NCBI GenBank assembly: GCA_001626925.1
Contig: LUOR01000012.1
Location: 856 to 64,855, forward strand
Direction of reading: 5' to 3'
DNA: 64,000 nucleotides
Source: Moraxellaceae bacterium REDSEA-S32_B1
GTDB lineage: Bacteria; Pseudomonadota; Gammaproteobacteria; Pseudomonadales; Moraxellaceae
Positions 8,691-19,733 of this stretch are shown in pieces (position 1 is the stretch's first letter; every line of letters starts with the position of its first letter). The translations under genes were made by a program, and so were the position numbers. The notes beneath the pieces were generated by a model. It saw nothing but the letters and a program-made list of their open reading frames with translations, was not told where the DNA came from and did no database searches.

Positions 8691-9068
8691 ATGAATTCGA
8701 TCGCTTACTTTGAATTCCAATCCTCTAACCCAGCTCGTGATGCTGAATTTTATCAGCAAGTGTTTGGTTGGCGCTTTGAAAAACTGGAAGGTTTACCGAT
8801 TGAATATTATCGAATTGAAAGCGATGGCATGCACAGCGGATTGTTGCAACGCCCGTGCCAAATACCGCCTGTGGAATATGGCACCAATGCTTATACTTGC
8901 TCGATTCAAGTGGAAAATTTTGATGCTACCGCACAGAAAATTTTAGAATTGGGCGGCATCGAAGCCATGCCAAAATTTGCCATTGCAGGACGTTGTTGGC
9001 AGGGTTATTTTGTGGATTTAGACAATAATGTATTTGGGATTTTTAAAGTCGTTGAGTCGGCGCAATAA
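8691..9068 (+). CDS. VOC/glyoxalase-family protein
   Basis: IAYFEF...FYQQVFGW...G.F.DLDNNVFGI pattern. Confidence 0.85.
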   Translation: MNSIAYFEFQSSNPARDAEFYQQVFGWRFEKLEGLPIEYYRIESDGMHSGLLQRPCQIPPVEYGTNAYTCSIQVENFDATAQKILELGGIEAMPKFAIAGRCWQGYFVDLDNNVFGIFKVVESAQ

Positions 9069-9117
9069 ATTGACCGATTGAAAATGTATTAAAATTACTC
9101 TCGGAGAATCTCGACCT

Positions 9118-9516
9118 ATGCCTTTTCCAATTGATGAAAAATACATCGCACAAACAGAACAACAACTCGGGGTGATTTTCCCGCCTCGCTTTAAAGTAAA
9201 AATGATCCAAATGAATGGTGGTGAAGTCATCGCCGATGATGATGTTTGGAAACTGTTTCCCTTCTTCGATCAGTCAGATAAAAAGCGTATCAAACGCACC
9301 TGCAACCATATTATGGTTGAGACCAGACAAGCCCGACAATGGCTGGGTTTTCCCACTGATGCGATTGCCATCGCCAGCAACGGTTCAGGTGATCTACTGA
9401 TTTTTAAGAAACTGGACAATGTACAACAACTTGAAGACACGGTATATCGTTGGTCACATGAAACCGCAGCGCTCAAAGTCGTCGCTCAACACTTTGACCA
9501 GTTAAAACAAGGCTAA
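9118..9516 (+). CDS. SMI1/KNR4-family protein
   Basis: I..TEQQLGV.FP..F..KM...NGGE and AIAIASNGSGD motifs. Confidence 0.85.
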   Translation: MPFPIDEKYIAQTEQQLGVIFPPRFKVKMIQMNGGEVIADDDVWKLFPFFDQSDKKRIKRTCNHIMVETRQARQWLGFPTDAIAIASNGSGDLLIFKKLDNVQQLEDTVYRWSHETAALKVVAQHFDQLKQG

Positions 9517-9661
9517 GCATTTTTGCCAATTTGCTACCTCAAAATAACAAAAATTGATGACGACTGAATATGTCGCACCTCACTGTGAAAAGCTCTTTTC
9601 AACAAGCAATTTATGTTAATTTAGCATCAGTGATTTTTATGGGTTGGGTTGAGTAACTACG

Positions 9662-10945
9662 ATGAGTGTACGTTTTCTTCATACTGCGGATTGGCACCTT
9701 GGGCAGTTATTCCACAACTATCCACGTGACTATGAACATGCGAAGTTCTTGACGTGGTTAATCGCACAAATCGAAGAAAAACAACCACATGCCTTATTGA
9801 TTGCAGGCGATATTTTCGATGTGATCAATCCAAGTTCACAAGCGCAAAAACAACTGAATCGCTTCCTTGCTGATGCGCATGAAGTTGCTCCGCAGATGCA
9901 AACCCTGCTGATCGCAGGCAATCATGATTCGGGTTATCGCCTTGAGCAAGTCGAACCCTTGCTCGAAAAATTTAATGCAAAAACAGTCGGTTTGGTGCAT
10001 TGGCATGAGGACAAAACCTTAAATACCGAGCGCTTAATTCAACCGATTTATCAGATCAATACTGAATCAAATCAACAAGAAATCGTCGCTTGGTGTGTGA
10101 CTTTGCCCTTTTTACGTCCCGCAGAAATTACAGGATTTAATGCAGATACAACAGACCATCAATCTGCCATTCGCTATATCCATCAGCAACTGATCAATGA
10201 AGCCAAGCAATGCCAAACTGGTGACCAAGCCTTGATCATCATGTCGCATGCGCACATGCAAGGTGGGCAAGAGTCTGAATCGGAACGCTCAATCGTGGTC
10301 GGCAATCAAGAAGCCTTATCTAGCGATCTGTTTGGTGATGACATCGACTACGTGGCGCTTGGACATCTGCACAAACCACAAAAAGTCGGACAAGATCACA
10401 TTCGATATAGTGGCTCGCCAATTCCACTCTCATTTAGTGAACGGAATTATCCGCATCAAGTACTACATATCACCCTTGATCCGACTAAAAACAATGATGG
10501 AAAATTGACCATAGAAGCCTTAAAAATCCCTCGTACCATTGATATAAAGCGAATTACAGGCGGGTTAGATGATGTCATGCAACAGCTTCGTTCACTTCCA
10601 GCGACGCCAAAAAATAGCGACAATACTAAAGATGATTTGCGGGATTTCCTAGAAATCGAATATATCAGTGACCGCCCTGCTCCGCTTGATTTACGTCAAC
10701 AGATTGAACAAGCATTACCGGCCAACTGTTATCGACTACTACGGATTCAACGCAAAACCACAGCACAAAATGCGAATACCAATATAGCAACCTCAAAAAT
10801 CGATCTCGCTCCACCAACACCAACGGAATTATTTCAGCACATCTGGGCAAAACAAGGTTTTAGCGCAGATCAAGCGGTGGAACAGGATTTTCAAACTGTG
10901 CTTGATGAGGCACAACAACGTCAATACCAATCTCATGAATCCTAA
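9662..10945 (+). CDS. sbcD: Exonuclease SbcCD subunit D
   Basis: HTADWHLG, AGDIFD, AGNHD, SHAH and ALGHLH metallophosphoesterase motifs. Confidence 0.97.
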   Translation: MSVRFLHTADWHLGQLFHNYPRDYEHAKFLTWLIAQIEEKQPHALLIAGDIFDVINPSSQAQKQLNRFLADAHEVAPQMQTLLIAGNHDSGYRLEQVEPLLEKFNAKTVGLVHWHEDKTLNTERLIQPIYQINTESNQQEIVAWCVTLPFLRPAEITGFNADTTDHQSAIRYIHQQLINEAKQCQTGDQALIIMSHAHMQGGQESESERSIVVGNQEALSSDLFGDDIDYVALGHLHKPQKVGQDHIRYSGSPIPLSFSERNYPHQVLHITLDPTKNNDGKLTIEALKIPRTIDIKRITGGLDDVMQQLRSLPATPKNSDNTKDDLRDFLEIEYISDRPAPLDLRQQIEQALPANCYRLLRIQRKTTAQNANTNIATSKIDLAPPTPTELFQHIWAKQGFSADQAVEQDFQTVLDEAQQRQYQSHES

Positions 10946-10962
10946 TTGATAAGAATAACACC

Positions 10963-13900
10963 ATGAAAATTCTCTCATTACGCTTAAATAACCTTGCCTC
11001 ACTTGCCGATGAACAGGTGATTAATTTTGAAGATGAGCCATTAGCGCATGCTGGTTTGATCGCCATCACAGGTAAAACAGGCGCAGGCAAATCCACCATT
11101 TTGGATGCGATGTGTCTTGCCCTATTCGATCAAATCCCACGCCTCAAAAGCGCCGAAGGACAATTACAAGATGCCAGTGGCAAAAGCATCACCATCAAAG
11201 ACAGTAGCCAAATTCTGCGTCGTGGTACAGTGGAGGGCTTTGCTGAAGTTGAATTCTTAGCACTCAATCAAAAGCGTTATCTGGCTCGTTGGCAAGTGCG
11301 TCGTGCACGAGGAAAAACCAACGGGAATCTACTGGTCGATCGCTCAGTCACTGCACTGGAGGAAGGACGTGTCTTAACCCAGAAAAAGTCGGAATGCACG
11401 CCAACCGTAGAAAAACTAATCGGCTTGACCTTTGAGCAATTCACTCGAGCCGTGCTCTTGGCACAGTCTGAAGTCGGCGCATTTCTTAAGGCGAAAGATC
11501 AAGAACGTGCTGATTTATTGGAATATTTGACTAATTCCAATATTTTTCGCTTAGTCAGCCAAGTGGCTTTTGAAAAAACTAAAGAAGCGAGCGATCAGCT
11601 AAATAATTTCAAACAAATGATCGGACATATTGAATTGTTGAGCGAGGAGCAAGTTCAACAACTGAAAAGCGATGAGGCGGACAACCAACAGCAACGTGCC
11701 ACCTTACAACTCGAGCAAAAGCAACTGGAACAAGCACAGCAATGGTTTGCAAAACAACAAGACTTTGACACACAACTGACGACACAAAGGCAACAATTAC
11801 AACAACTTGAAATACAACGTCCGCAAATCCAGCAAGACAAAACATGGCTTGAACAATTGGAGAAATTCCAACAGATTCGAGCCAGTTTTGATCAATTTGC
11901 ACAGGCACAACAGCACATTCAGCAGGCAAATCAAAACCTAGAAAACAATCAAACTGAATTCGCTAAAATTGAACAAGACAAAATAAGATGTTTTGAAATA
12001 TTCAATCAAGTTGAAAAATCGGTGACAGATCGACAACAGCAGATCAAACAATTACAGCCTGACATCGAAAAAGCGCAAGACCTAGATAATCAGCGTAGTC
12101 GATTCGCCATTGCATTTAAAGAGAAAAAAACTGAATTAGAACACCATACTAGCGAATTTAAAATACAGCAAAGCGAACTTTTGCAACTTGAGCAAAATCA
12201 AGCCAAGATTGAAAAATCGCTTGATCAAGCCAATACGATTTTAAAACAAACCCAAGACCTCGACAGCTTAAGCCTTGAGCCAAAAGCAAGCTTGGAAAAA
12301 ATTGATGCGTTTTTAAATGAGCAGCAAAAGTTTAAGCAACTCAAGCAAGATATGGATAATTTTCATGTGGATGATTCTAATTTTACTGATTTCCATGTCG
12401 ATAATTTTAATCGAGAAAGCTTTCGTCAATCACTCAACAAATTATCTCAAGACATCAAAAAACAAAACGATCAATTCGGTGAACTCGCAGAATTCTCTAA
12501 AACCGTTGAACAAGCAAAACAACAACTTCAGCAGATTCAACAACGCAGTATTCAAGCTAGTGCAACACAGCGACTTTTTTCACAATGGCAAGAGGCTCAG
12601 CAGAAAAAAACGCAACTCACAGCAGATTTGGCAAAGCATCAGAGCGCATTAACGCTACTTGAGCAAAACCAAACATCCGCTGCAACAGAATCGCTTGAAG
12701 CCGAAAACGCACTAGAAAAACTGCAACAGATATTGGCTGAGCAACGCCTTTTGCACAGTGAACATATTGAAAATTTACGTGCACAACTTCAGCCTGAGCA
12801 AGCTTGTTTGGTCTGTGGTAGCACCGATCACCCTTTTGTCGATCACAGCGACTTACTCAATCAAGCCTTGAGCCAAGTGCAAGATCAACAGCTTGTTGAT
12901 GCAAAACAACGCAAAGCGGAAAAATTGCAATCTTTTGAACAATGCAAACAGAAATACCTGCAATGTCAGCATCAGATTGATTCAATTCAAAAGCAATTAT
13001 CAGACATCGAAAAACAGCTGAAACGACTGCAATCTCAACTTGAAATTGATCTGAGAGAAATTAATTTTAAGCTTGATTTTTCCAAGTCCGATGATGCGCT
13101 ACAACAACAACTTGGCGAACAGCTTCATACCCTAAAACAACAGCAGAATGATGCTGAACAACATGTCAAAACCATCACTGCACAGCTTGTACATTATCAA
13201 AGCTTACAAAATCAAGTTGAGCAACATCAGCATATTGCCAATCAACTCGACCAACTTGAAAGTGCTGAAAATAGTATTCTAGAACAGCTCCCAGACTCTT
13301 GGACAAGCACATGGAAAAAAGCTGCGTTAAACACAGCCGTGCAATTAAAAGCGCAAATTCAACAACGTGTGCAAGTGCAAAAAGATATGCAGATTCATCA
13401 GCAAACTTTGCAAGAGTTACAACAAAAACAGCAATCGCTGAATGATAAAGTGCAATGGCTTAATGCGCAGATTGAAAAATTAAACAATGAACTCGAACGC
13501 ATCACCACACAAGGCAAAGAAAATCGTCAACACTTTGCTGAAATCGTGCAAAAGCATTCGGCTAAAACATTCAGCTCAGCCAATGAATGGCTTAAAGACT
13601 TAAACCAAAACTTAGAGCGCTTAATCGATCAACGTCAGCATGCTCAAAAGTCTTATCAAGATGCAGAATTGCTTTGGCAACAACAACAGAAACAACGAGA
13701 TCAAATCCACAGTCAGCTTGACGTCTATCGCAAGCAAGCCACACAAGCCGAAACTGAAAAAACTACTTGGCTTGCACAGCACCCACAGTTTGATACACAT
13801 TTAATTGAAAAATGTCAAAGCTCGAATCCAAATGATCTTGTAGAGCTACGCCAACAGATACAACAATTCGAGAATCGTTTGTTACTATGCAAAAATGATT

Positions 13901-14616
13901 TAGATAAAATTGAACAACTGCAAGCGGAACATCAACCGTCAAAACCAAGCTTGGAATTGGCGCAATTAGACAACCAACAGCATCTTTTGAAAGAAAAATT
14001 AACAGCTCTTAATCAACAACTTGAAACTTTACGCAGTCAATTAATTCATCACGAACAGCAGCAAAAAGCCTATGCCAAATATCAATCAGAAATTGAAAAA
14101 CAACAACTGGAAGCCAATCGTTGGGCGAAGATTTCTGACTTGATTGGCAGTCGTGATGGTGCGAAATTTCAGCGCTATGCACAGCACCATCACTTGGATA
14201 TTTTACTAGAGTACGCAAATCAACAACTACAACCGCTCGCTCCACGCTATGAGCTAAAACGTATTGCCGATAGCCTCGGACTCGCAATCATTGATCATGA
14301 TATGAATGATGAAATCCGCCCCGTACAGTCCTTATCAGGTGGTGAGACTTTTCTGGTTTCGCTTGCTTTGGCGCTTGCCATCGCCAATATGGCATCGGGC
14401 AATATGAAACTCGAATCGCTCTTTATTGATGAAGGTTTTGGCACGCTTGACCCAAGCTCGCTACATATCGTCATGGACGCACTCGATCGTTTGCAGTCAC
14501 AAGGTCGAAAAGTGATTTTGATTTCGCATATTCAAGAGATGCATGAACGCATCCCAGTGCAAATCCAAGTCAAAGCCAAAGGCTCGGGTGCCAGTGAAAT
14601 CCATGTGGTTGGCTAG
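10963..14616 (+). CDS. sbcC: Exonuclease SbcCD subunit C
   Basis: GKTGAGKST Walker A, CLVCGS zinc hook, LSGGE signature, FIDEGFG, long coiled coil. Confidence 0.97.
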   Translation: MKILSLRLNNLASLADEQVINFEDEPLAHAGLIAITGKTGAGKSTILDAMCLALFDQIPRLKSAEGQLQDASGKSITIKDSSQILRRGTVEGFAEVEFLALNQKRYLARWQVRRARGKTNGNLLVDRSVTALEEGRVLTQKKSECTPTVEKLIGLTFEQFTRAVLLAQSEVGAFLKAKDQERADLLEYLTNSNIFRLVSQVAFEKTKEASDQLNNFKQMIGHIELLSEEQVQQLKSDEADNQQQRATLQLEQKQLEQAQQWFAKQQDFDTQLTTQRQQLQQLEIQRPQIQQDKTWLEQLEKFQQIRASFDQFAQAQQHIQQANQNLENNQTEFAKIEQDKIRCFEIFNQVEKSVTDRQQQIKQLQPDIEKAQDLDNQRSRFAIAFKEKKTELEHHTSEFKIQQSELLQLEQNQAKIEKSLDQANTILKQTQDLDSLSLEPKASLEKIDAFLNEQQKFKQLKQDMDNFHVDDSNFTDFHVDNFNRESFRQSLNKLSQDIKKQNDQFGELAEFSKTVEQAKQQLQQIQQRSIQASATQRLFSQWQEAQQKKTQLTADLAKHQSALTLLEQNQTSAATESLEAENALEKLQQILAEQRLLHSEHIENLRAQLQPEQACLVCGSTDHPFVDHSDLLNQALSQVQDQQLVDAKQRKAEKLQSFEQCKQKYLQCQHQIDSIQKQLSDIEKQLKRLQSQLEIDLREINFKLDFSKSDDALQQQLGEQLHTLKQQQNDAEQHVKTITAQLVHYQSLQNQVEQHQHIANQLDQLESAENSILEQLPDSWTSTWKKAALNTAVQLKAQIQQRVQVQKDMQIHQQTLQELQQKQQSLNDKVQWLNAQIEKLNNELERITTQGKENRQHFAEIVQKHSAKTFSSANEWLKDLNQNLERLIDQRQHAQKSYQDAELLWQQQQKQRDQIHSQLDVYRKQATQAETEKTTWLAQHPQFDTHLIEKCQSSNPNDLVELRQQIQQFENRLLLCKNDLDKIEQLQAEHQPSKPSLELAQLDNQQHLLKEKLTALNQQLETLRSQLIHHEQQQKAYAKYQSEIEKQQLEANRWAKISDLIGSRDGAKFQRYAQHHHLDILLEYANQQLQPLAPRYELKRIADSLGLAIIDHDMNDEIRPVQSLSGGETFLVSLALALAIANMASGNMKLESLFIDEGFGTLDPSSLHIVMDALDRLQSQGRKVILISHIQEMHERIPVQIQVKAKGSGASEIHVVG

Positions 14617-14630
14617 TTGGGCGAATTATT

Positions 14631-15752
14631 ATGTTTGAAAAAAACCACTCACTAAACTTTAAATCATCAAACTATCAGCCCTTAGCCAAAACTTTTAGCC
14701 TACAACTAGAAAGCTTACGTGGACTGAGTGCCATCGTGGTGTTGTTCAGTCATGCTTTTCAAGCCTTCGTTGCCCCGCAAGATGTGACGCTTTATTCTAT
14801 TGTGCGTTTGCTCGGTCAATCTGCGGTCATGATGTTTTTTGTCCTCAGTGGTTTTTTGATTGGACATTCGATACAGAAAAATATTCAGCAAAACCAATTA
14901 TTTTCAATTAAAACTTATACAATGCAACGCTGTAAACGTATTTTGCCACCGTTTCTTTTTGCGCTGTTTTGGATGCTGTCATTGTATGGTCTTGCGCCTT
15001 ATTTCTTTGCCACACAAAGCCATTCATTTGAAATTATTCCTGCGCTGATGCTTCGCACTGCTTACGATTTTTCATTGCATGAATTGGTTGGTTCGGTATT
15101 TTTCGTCAATGAATTTCTCACACCAACGTTATCTGCCAATGCGCCACTGTGGAGTTTGAGCTACGAAGTTTGGTTTTATATTTTGGCTGGACTGATGGCG
15201 ATGTGGCGATATGCTTTTGTACGAGTTGGCTTTGTGATTACCCTGCTCATTTTGTCTGTATTGAATCTGCAATTCTTAGTCTATTTTAGTGTATGGTTAT
15301 TGGCATTTGCTTTTTCATTTAATCAAGTGCGCCGTCGTTTAGATGGTCATTCTTTAAAAATCACACAATGGATTTTTGCTATTTTTGCGCTGTGTATTGC
15401 GATCTATGATGCCTATCAGTTCTTTGTCATTGATCAAGTCAAAACCTATCAGGCGAATTTATTTACTATGTTCAACGCATGTATTGGCGTGGTTTTTGCG
15501 ATTTTTCTGCTACAACTTTTCCTAAAACAACATAATTTTAAGCCAATTTGGGCAAGCTCGGCACGTTTTTCTTATACGCTGTATGTGACCCATTTTCCGA
15601 TTTTGCTGTTTGCTATGGGCGTATTTCCACAGAGCTATATGCGCAGTACTTGGACTTCAATGCTTGCAGTAATTTTAAGCATGTCGATTTGTATTGCATT
15701 TTCATGGTTGGTGGCGAAGTTTTTAGAACCTCAATTTAAGCCCTCTAATTAA
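14631..15752 (+). CDS. Acyltransferase family 3 membrane protein
   Basis: LESLRGLSA, FFVLSGFLI, R..RILPP, LWSLSYEVWFY, SYTLYVTHFP. Confidence 0.9.
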   Translation: MFEKNHSLNFKSSNYQPLAKTFSLQLESLRGLSAIVVLFSHAFQAFVAPQDVTLYSIVRLLGQSAVMMFFVLSGFLIGHSIQKNIQQNQLFSIKTYTMQRCKRILPPFLFALFWMLSLYGLAPYFFATQSHSFEIIPALMLRTAYDFSLHELVGSVFFVNEFLTPTLSANAPLWSLSYEVWFYILAGLMAMWRYAFVRVGFVITLLILSVLNLQFLVYFSVWLLAFAFSFNQVRRRLDGHSLKITQWIFAIFALCIAIYDAYQFFVIDQVKTYQANLFTMFNACIGVVFAIFLLQLFLKQHNFKPIWASSARFSYTLYVTHFPILLFAMGVFPQSYMRSTWTSMLAVILSMSICIAFSWLVAKFLEPQFKPSN

Positions 15753-15850
15753 ATTCTTACAAAGCATGTTTGGCATTTCTATTGCTTATCCATTTATTAT
15801 GACGCATTGATTTTTAGCAAATTCATTAAATAGTTAATTGACACTCTCCC

Positions 15851-16645
15851 ATGCTTAAATTCCAAATTGATTGTTTACTTGAATACCGTGTGCTTGAACC
15901 GACTGAATTTATTTTTCAGGTCGAAGCTTCAAAACATCCTTGGCAAAATATTACGAATGAACAGATTGATATCAATCCAAAATTAGAGCGCTTACAACAT
16001 TTTGATCGAGATCAACAGTGCAATCGTTTTGTCCGACTATCCAGTGTAAATGTGCAAAATTTCAGCCTACATTATCACGCAGAAGTTGAAACAAACATTC
16101 CAGCTCGACCGTTAGATGCCAAAGAACATGCGATTCATGAGTTACCTGCAGAGACCTTGTTTTACCTTGCGCCGAGCCGTTTCTGTGAATCCGATCTGCT
16201 AGAACGTATGGCACAGCGGACTTTTGGGCATTTACACAAGGGCTATCAACGGGTGCAAGCGATTTGTGATTGGATTTATCAGCATATTTTGTATGAGTCA
16301 GGCTCAACCGATGGCATGTCATCTGCAAAAGACGTTCTTATTGGTCGTGCAGGTGTGTGTCGTGACTTTGCCCATCTCGCCATTGCGATCTGCCGTGCGC
16401 TCGAAATCCCTGCCCGTTTTGTGTTTGGCTATATGCCTTTTTATGAAGCAATACCCGACTTTCATGCGATTTTTGAGGTCTATATTGGTGAACAATGGGT
16501 ATTATTCGATGCGACGAACATGGGCTCGATTGATGAATTTGTCCGTGTCGGTACAGGACTTGATGCCAAAGATGTGCCGTTTTTATCGTTCTTTGGTCAA
16601 GCAGAGCTGTTAAACATTGAGCCGAAAATTATTAAAGTAAATTGA
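15851..16645 (+). CDS. Transglutaminase-like family protein
   Basis: GVCRDFAHL, IPARFV.GY, DFHA.FEVY, FDAT motifs. Confidence 0.9.
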   Translation: MLKFQIDCLLEYRVLEPTEFIFQVEASKHPWQNITNEQIDINPKLERLQHFDRDQQCNRFVRLSSVNVQNFSLHYHAEVETNIPARPLDAKEHAIHELPAETLFYLAPSRFCESDLLERMAQRTFGHLHKGYQRVQAICDWIYQHILYESGSTDGMSSAKDVLIGRAGVCRDFAHLAIAICRALEIPARFVFGYMPFYEAIPDFHAIFEVYIGEQWVLFDATNMGSIDEFVRVGTGLDAKDVPFLSFFGQAELLNIEPKIIKVN

Positions 16646-16669
16646 GTTGTTAGTCGTTTTAACCCAATT

Positions 16670-17362
16670 TCAATCAGAATAATCTCTTGCACCAAATAAA
16701 GCTGTTCCCACTCGCACCATGGTTGAACCTGCCTGAATCGCTTCCGCCATATCTGCCGACATGCCCATACTCAAGGTATCCCAGTGCTCAGGCTGTGCAT
16801 GATATTGTTCTACTTGGTCAAACAATTGCTTGGTCGTTGTAAAAGCTTCAACATGCTCAGGTTTGGGAATCACCATAAATCCACGTAATTTCAGGTTCGG
16901 CAATCGACTGATTTTTTCAACCAGTTCTGCAACTTCATCAGGTGCACAGCCATCTTTAGAGTCTTGATCATCTATATTCACTTGCAGGCAAATATTTAAG
17001 GGTTGTAAGTTTTCAGGGCGTTGATTAGAAAGTCTTTCGGCAATGATCAAGCGATCCACACCGTGCACCCATGCAAATTTTTCTGCCATATGTTTGGTTT
17101 TATTCCGCTGAACATGTCCGATGAAATGCCATTCGATCTCTAAATCTTTTAAATGTTCAATTTTTTCTAAAGCTTCTTGCAGATAGTTTTCTCCAAAAGC
17201 TTTTTGTCCAAGTTGATAAAATTCAGAAATAGCCGATACAGGATGGGTTTTCGACACAGCAAGGAGTTGGACGTCTTGAAAGTTGCGATTTGCTTGCAGG
17301 CAGGCTTGGTTGATTTGCGCATGCACATCTTGAAGTTGACTTTGGAAATCTATCGTCGTCAT
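16670..17362 (-). CDS. yggS: PLP homeostasis protein YggS
   Basis: LLAVSKT, FGENYLQE, WHFIG, LSMGMS.D, VRVGTALFG; divergent from pilT. Confidence 0.95.
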   Translation of the reverse strand: MTTIDFQSQLQDVHAQINQACLQANRNFQDVQLLAVSKTHPVSAISEFYQLGQKAFGENYLQEALEKIEHLKDLEIEWHFIGHVQRNKTKHMAEKFAWVHGVDRLIIAERLSNQRPENLQPLNICLQVNIDDQDSKDGCAPDEVAELVEKISRLPNLKLRGFMVIPKPEHVEAFTTTKQLFDQVEQYHAQPEHWDTLSMGMSADMAEAIQAGSTMVRVGTALFGARDYSD

Positions 17363-17494
17363 TTTCTTTCTATTCCTTGCTTGCAAGTTGAATTTGAATC
17401 TCTATGGTATTTCTTCACAAAATCACTTGGTTTCACGTGGTGAACACCGTATTATTCTAAACATAAAGAAGCCGTTTGAACATCAAGGGAAAAA

Positions 17495-18532
17495 ATGGAT
17501 ATTACAGAGCTTTTAGCATTTTCGGTGAAAAATGGAGCATCAGACTTGCATCTTTCGTCAGGTCTACCACCAATGATTCGTGTGGATGGGGAAGTCAAAC
17601 GTATTAACTTACCTGCGATGGAACACAAAGACGTGCATCGCTTGATCTATGACATCATGAATGATAAACAACGTCGTGATTATGAAGAACAATTAGAAAC
17701 TGACTTTTCATTTGAAGTACCCGGTGTGGCGCGTTTCCGTGTCAACGCATTCAACCAAAACCGTGGTGCAGGTGCGGTATTTCGTACCATTCCATCCAAA
17801 GTATTGACCATGGAACAGCTTGGTCTCGGTCAAACTTTTAAGAATATTGCCGAATATCCACGTGGTCTCGTGTTGGTTACAGGTCCAACAGGTTCAGGTA
17901 AATCAACCACACTTGCGGCCCTACTCGACTATATCAATGACAATCGTTATGACCACATCTTGACCGTCGAAGATCCTATCGAATTTGTACACACTTCGAA
18001 AAAATGTCTAATCAACCAACGTGAAGTCCATCGTGATACGCACGGCTTTAACGAAGCGCTACGTTCTGCACTACGTGAAGATCCAGATATTATCTTGGTC
18101 GGTGAGATGCGTGACTTGGAAACCATTCGTCTTGCCCTCACCGCTGCTGAAACCGGTCACTTAGTCTTTGGGACATTGCACACCACTTCTGCGGCAAAAA
18201 CCATTGACCGTGTCATCGACGTGTTCCCTGCTGAAGAAAAAGACATGGTACGTGCCATGCTTTCAGAATCACTTCAAGCGGTGATTTCACAGACACTCCT
18301 TAAGAAAAATGGCGGTGGTCGTGTGGCAGCGCATGAGATCATGATCGGTACACCTGCGATCCGTAACTTGATCCGTGAAAATAAAATCGCTCAAATGTAC
18401 TCTGCGATTCAGACTGGTGCGGCGCAAGGCATGACCACACTTGATCAAACCTTAAAACAATTGGTTGCCAAAGGTCAGATCACCGCTGCAGCTGCACGTA
18501 ATGTGGCGAAATCTCCAGAAGCATTTATGTAA
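17495..18532 (+). CDS. pilT: Type IV pilus retraction ATPase PilT
   Basis: GPTGSGKST, EDPIE, LREDPD, AIRNLIRE. Confidence 0.97.
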   Translation: MDITELLAFSVKNGASDLHLSSGLPPMIRVDGEVKRINLPAMEHKDVHRLIYDIMNDKQRRDYEEQLETDFSFEVPGVARFRVNAFNQNRGAGAVFRTIPSKVLTMEQLGLGQTFKNIAEYPRGLVLVTGPTGSGKSTTLAALLDYINDNRYDHILTVEDPIEFVHTSKKCLINQREVHRDTHGFNEALRSALREDPDIILVGEMRDLETIRLALTAAETGHLVFGTLHTTSAAKTIDRVIDVFPAEEKDMVRAMLSESLQAVISQTLLKKNGGGRVAAHEIMIGTPAIRNLIRENKIAQMYSAIQTGAAQGMTTLDQTLKQLVAKGQITAAAARNVAKSPEAFM

Positions 18533-18543
18533 GGATTTAAGAA

Positions 18544-19665
18544 ATGGACTTTAATGACTTACTCAAACTCATGATTGAGAAAAACGCTTCGGATTTGTTT
18601 ATTTCAGCCGACGTCGAACCGTCAATGAAAGTACACGGACAAATTTTACCAGTCACCAAAAGCAAACTCAGTCCTGAAATTATCTCTCAGTTGATGCATG
18701 CGATCATGAATGAGAAGCAACGTGAAGAATTTGCCACCACTCGGGAATGCAACTTTGCCATCACCGACCGTGAAAAGACCGCACGTTTTCGTGTTAGCGC
18801 ATTTCAGCAACGTGACATGCCTGGCATGGTACTGCGTAAGATTGAAACTAAGATTCCAACCCCCGAATCGTTAAAATTACCACCAATCTTAAAAGAACTT
18901 GCCATGACCAAACGCGGCATCATTCTCTTTGTTGGTGCAACGGGTACTGGTAAATCCACTTCACTTGCTTCACTTATCGGTCACCGCAATCAAAATTCTC
19001 GTGGCCATATCATCACGATTGAAGATCCAATCGAATTTGTGCATCAGCATGCAGGTTGTATTGTGACGCAACGTGAAGTCGGCATTGATACCGATTCATT
19101 TGAAGTCGCTTTGAAAAACACCCTACGTCAAGCACCTGATGTGATTTTGATTGGTGAGATTCGTTCTCGTGAAGTTATGGATTATGCCGTTGCCTTTGCA
19201 GAAACAGGTCACTTAGTATTTGCAACGCTTCATGCCAACAACGCCAACCAAGCCTTAGACCGTATTATTCACTTCTTTGATGCAGACCGTCATAGCCAAC
19301 TCTATATGGACTTGTCATTGAATTTGAAATCAATCATTGCGCAACAACTGGTGCCGACCAAAGATGGTAAAAGTCGCCGAGCAGCAATTGAGATCATGAT
19401 CAACTCACCACTGATGCAAGACTACATCCGTAAGGGTGAAATTCATGAGCTCAAAGACTTAATGAAACGCTCACGCGAGCTCGGTATGCAGACTTTTGAT
19501 CAAGCTTTGTTCGATCTCTATAAAGCTGGCGAAGTGACTTATGAAGATGCGCTCAAGCACTCTGATTCACCAAATGATCTTCGTCTACAAATCAAATTGT
19601 CAGAAAGTGATTCTAAAACATTGTTAAATAACAGCGGCAAAGGATTATTTATTCAACAGGATTGA
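18544..19665 (+). CDS. pilU: Type IV pilus ATPase PilU
   Basis: GATGTGKST, LRQAPD; follows pilT. Confidence 0.96.
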   Translation: MDFNDLLKLMIEKNASDLFISADVEPSMKVHGQILPVTKSKLSPEIISQLMHAIMNEKQREEFATTRECNFAITDREKTARFRVSAFQQRDMPGMVLRKIETKIPTPESLKLPPILKELAMTKRGIILFVGATGTGKSTSLASLIGHRNQNSRGHIITIEDPIEFVHQHAGCIVTQREVGIDTDSFEVALKNTLRQAPDVILIGEIRSREVMDYAVAFAETGHLVFATLHANNANQALDRIIHFFDADRHSQLYMDLSLNLKSIIAQQLVPTKDGKSRRAAIEIMINSPLMQDYIRKGEIHELKDLMKRSRELGMQTFDQALFDLYKAGEVTYEDALKHSDSPNDLRLQIKLSESDSKTLLNNSGKGLFIQQD

Positions 19666-19681
19666 TCAAATACCTTTCAAT

Positions 19682-19710
19682 AAAAAAGGTGCATTGATTG
19701 CACCTTTTTT
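19682..19710. terminator. Bidirectional terminator pilU/fur
   Basis: AAAAAAGGTGCA-N5-TGCACCTTTTTT. Confidence 0.88.
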
Positions 19711-19733
19711 AATTTCTGACATTATTAACAGAT

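Noticed and set aside
9594-9621. TTATGTTAATT resembles the XerD arm of a dif/pdif site
   Set aside because: The XerC arm position (TCTTTTCAACA) does not match; probably part of the sbcD promoter.
10963-14616. Gln-rich repetitive look of sbcC
   Set aside because: Ordinary coiled-coil composition, not a tandem array.
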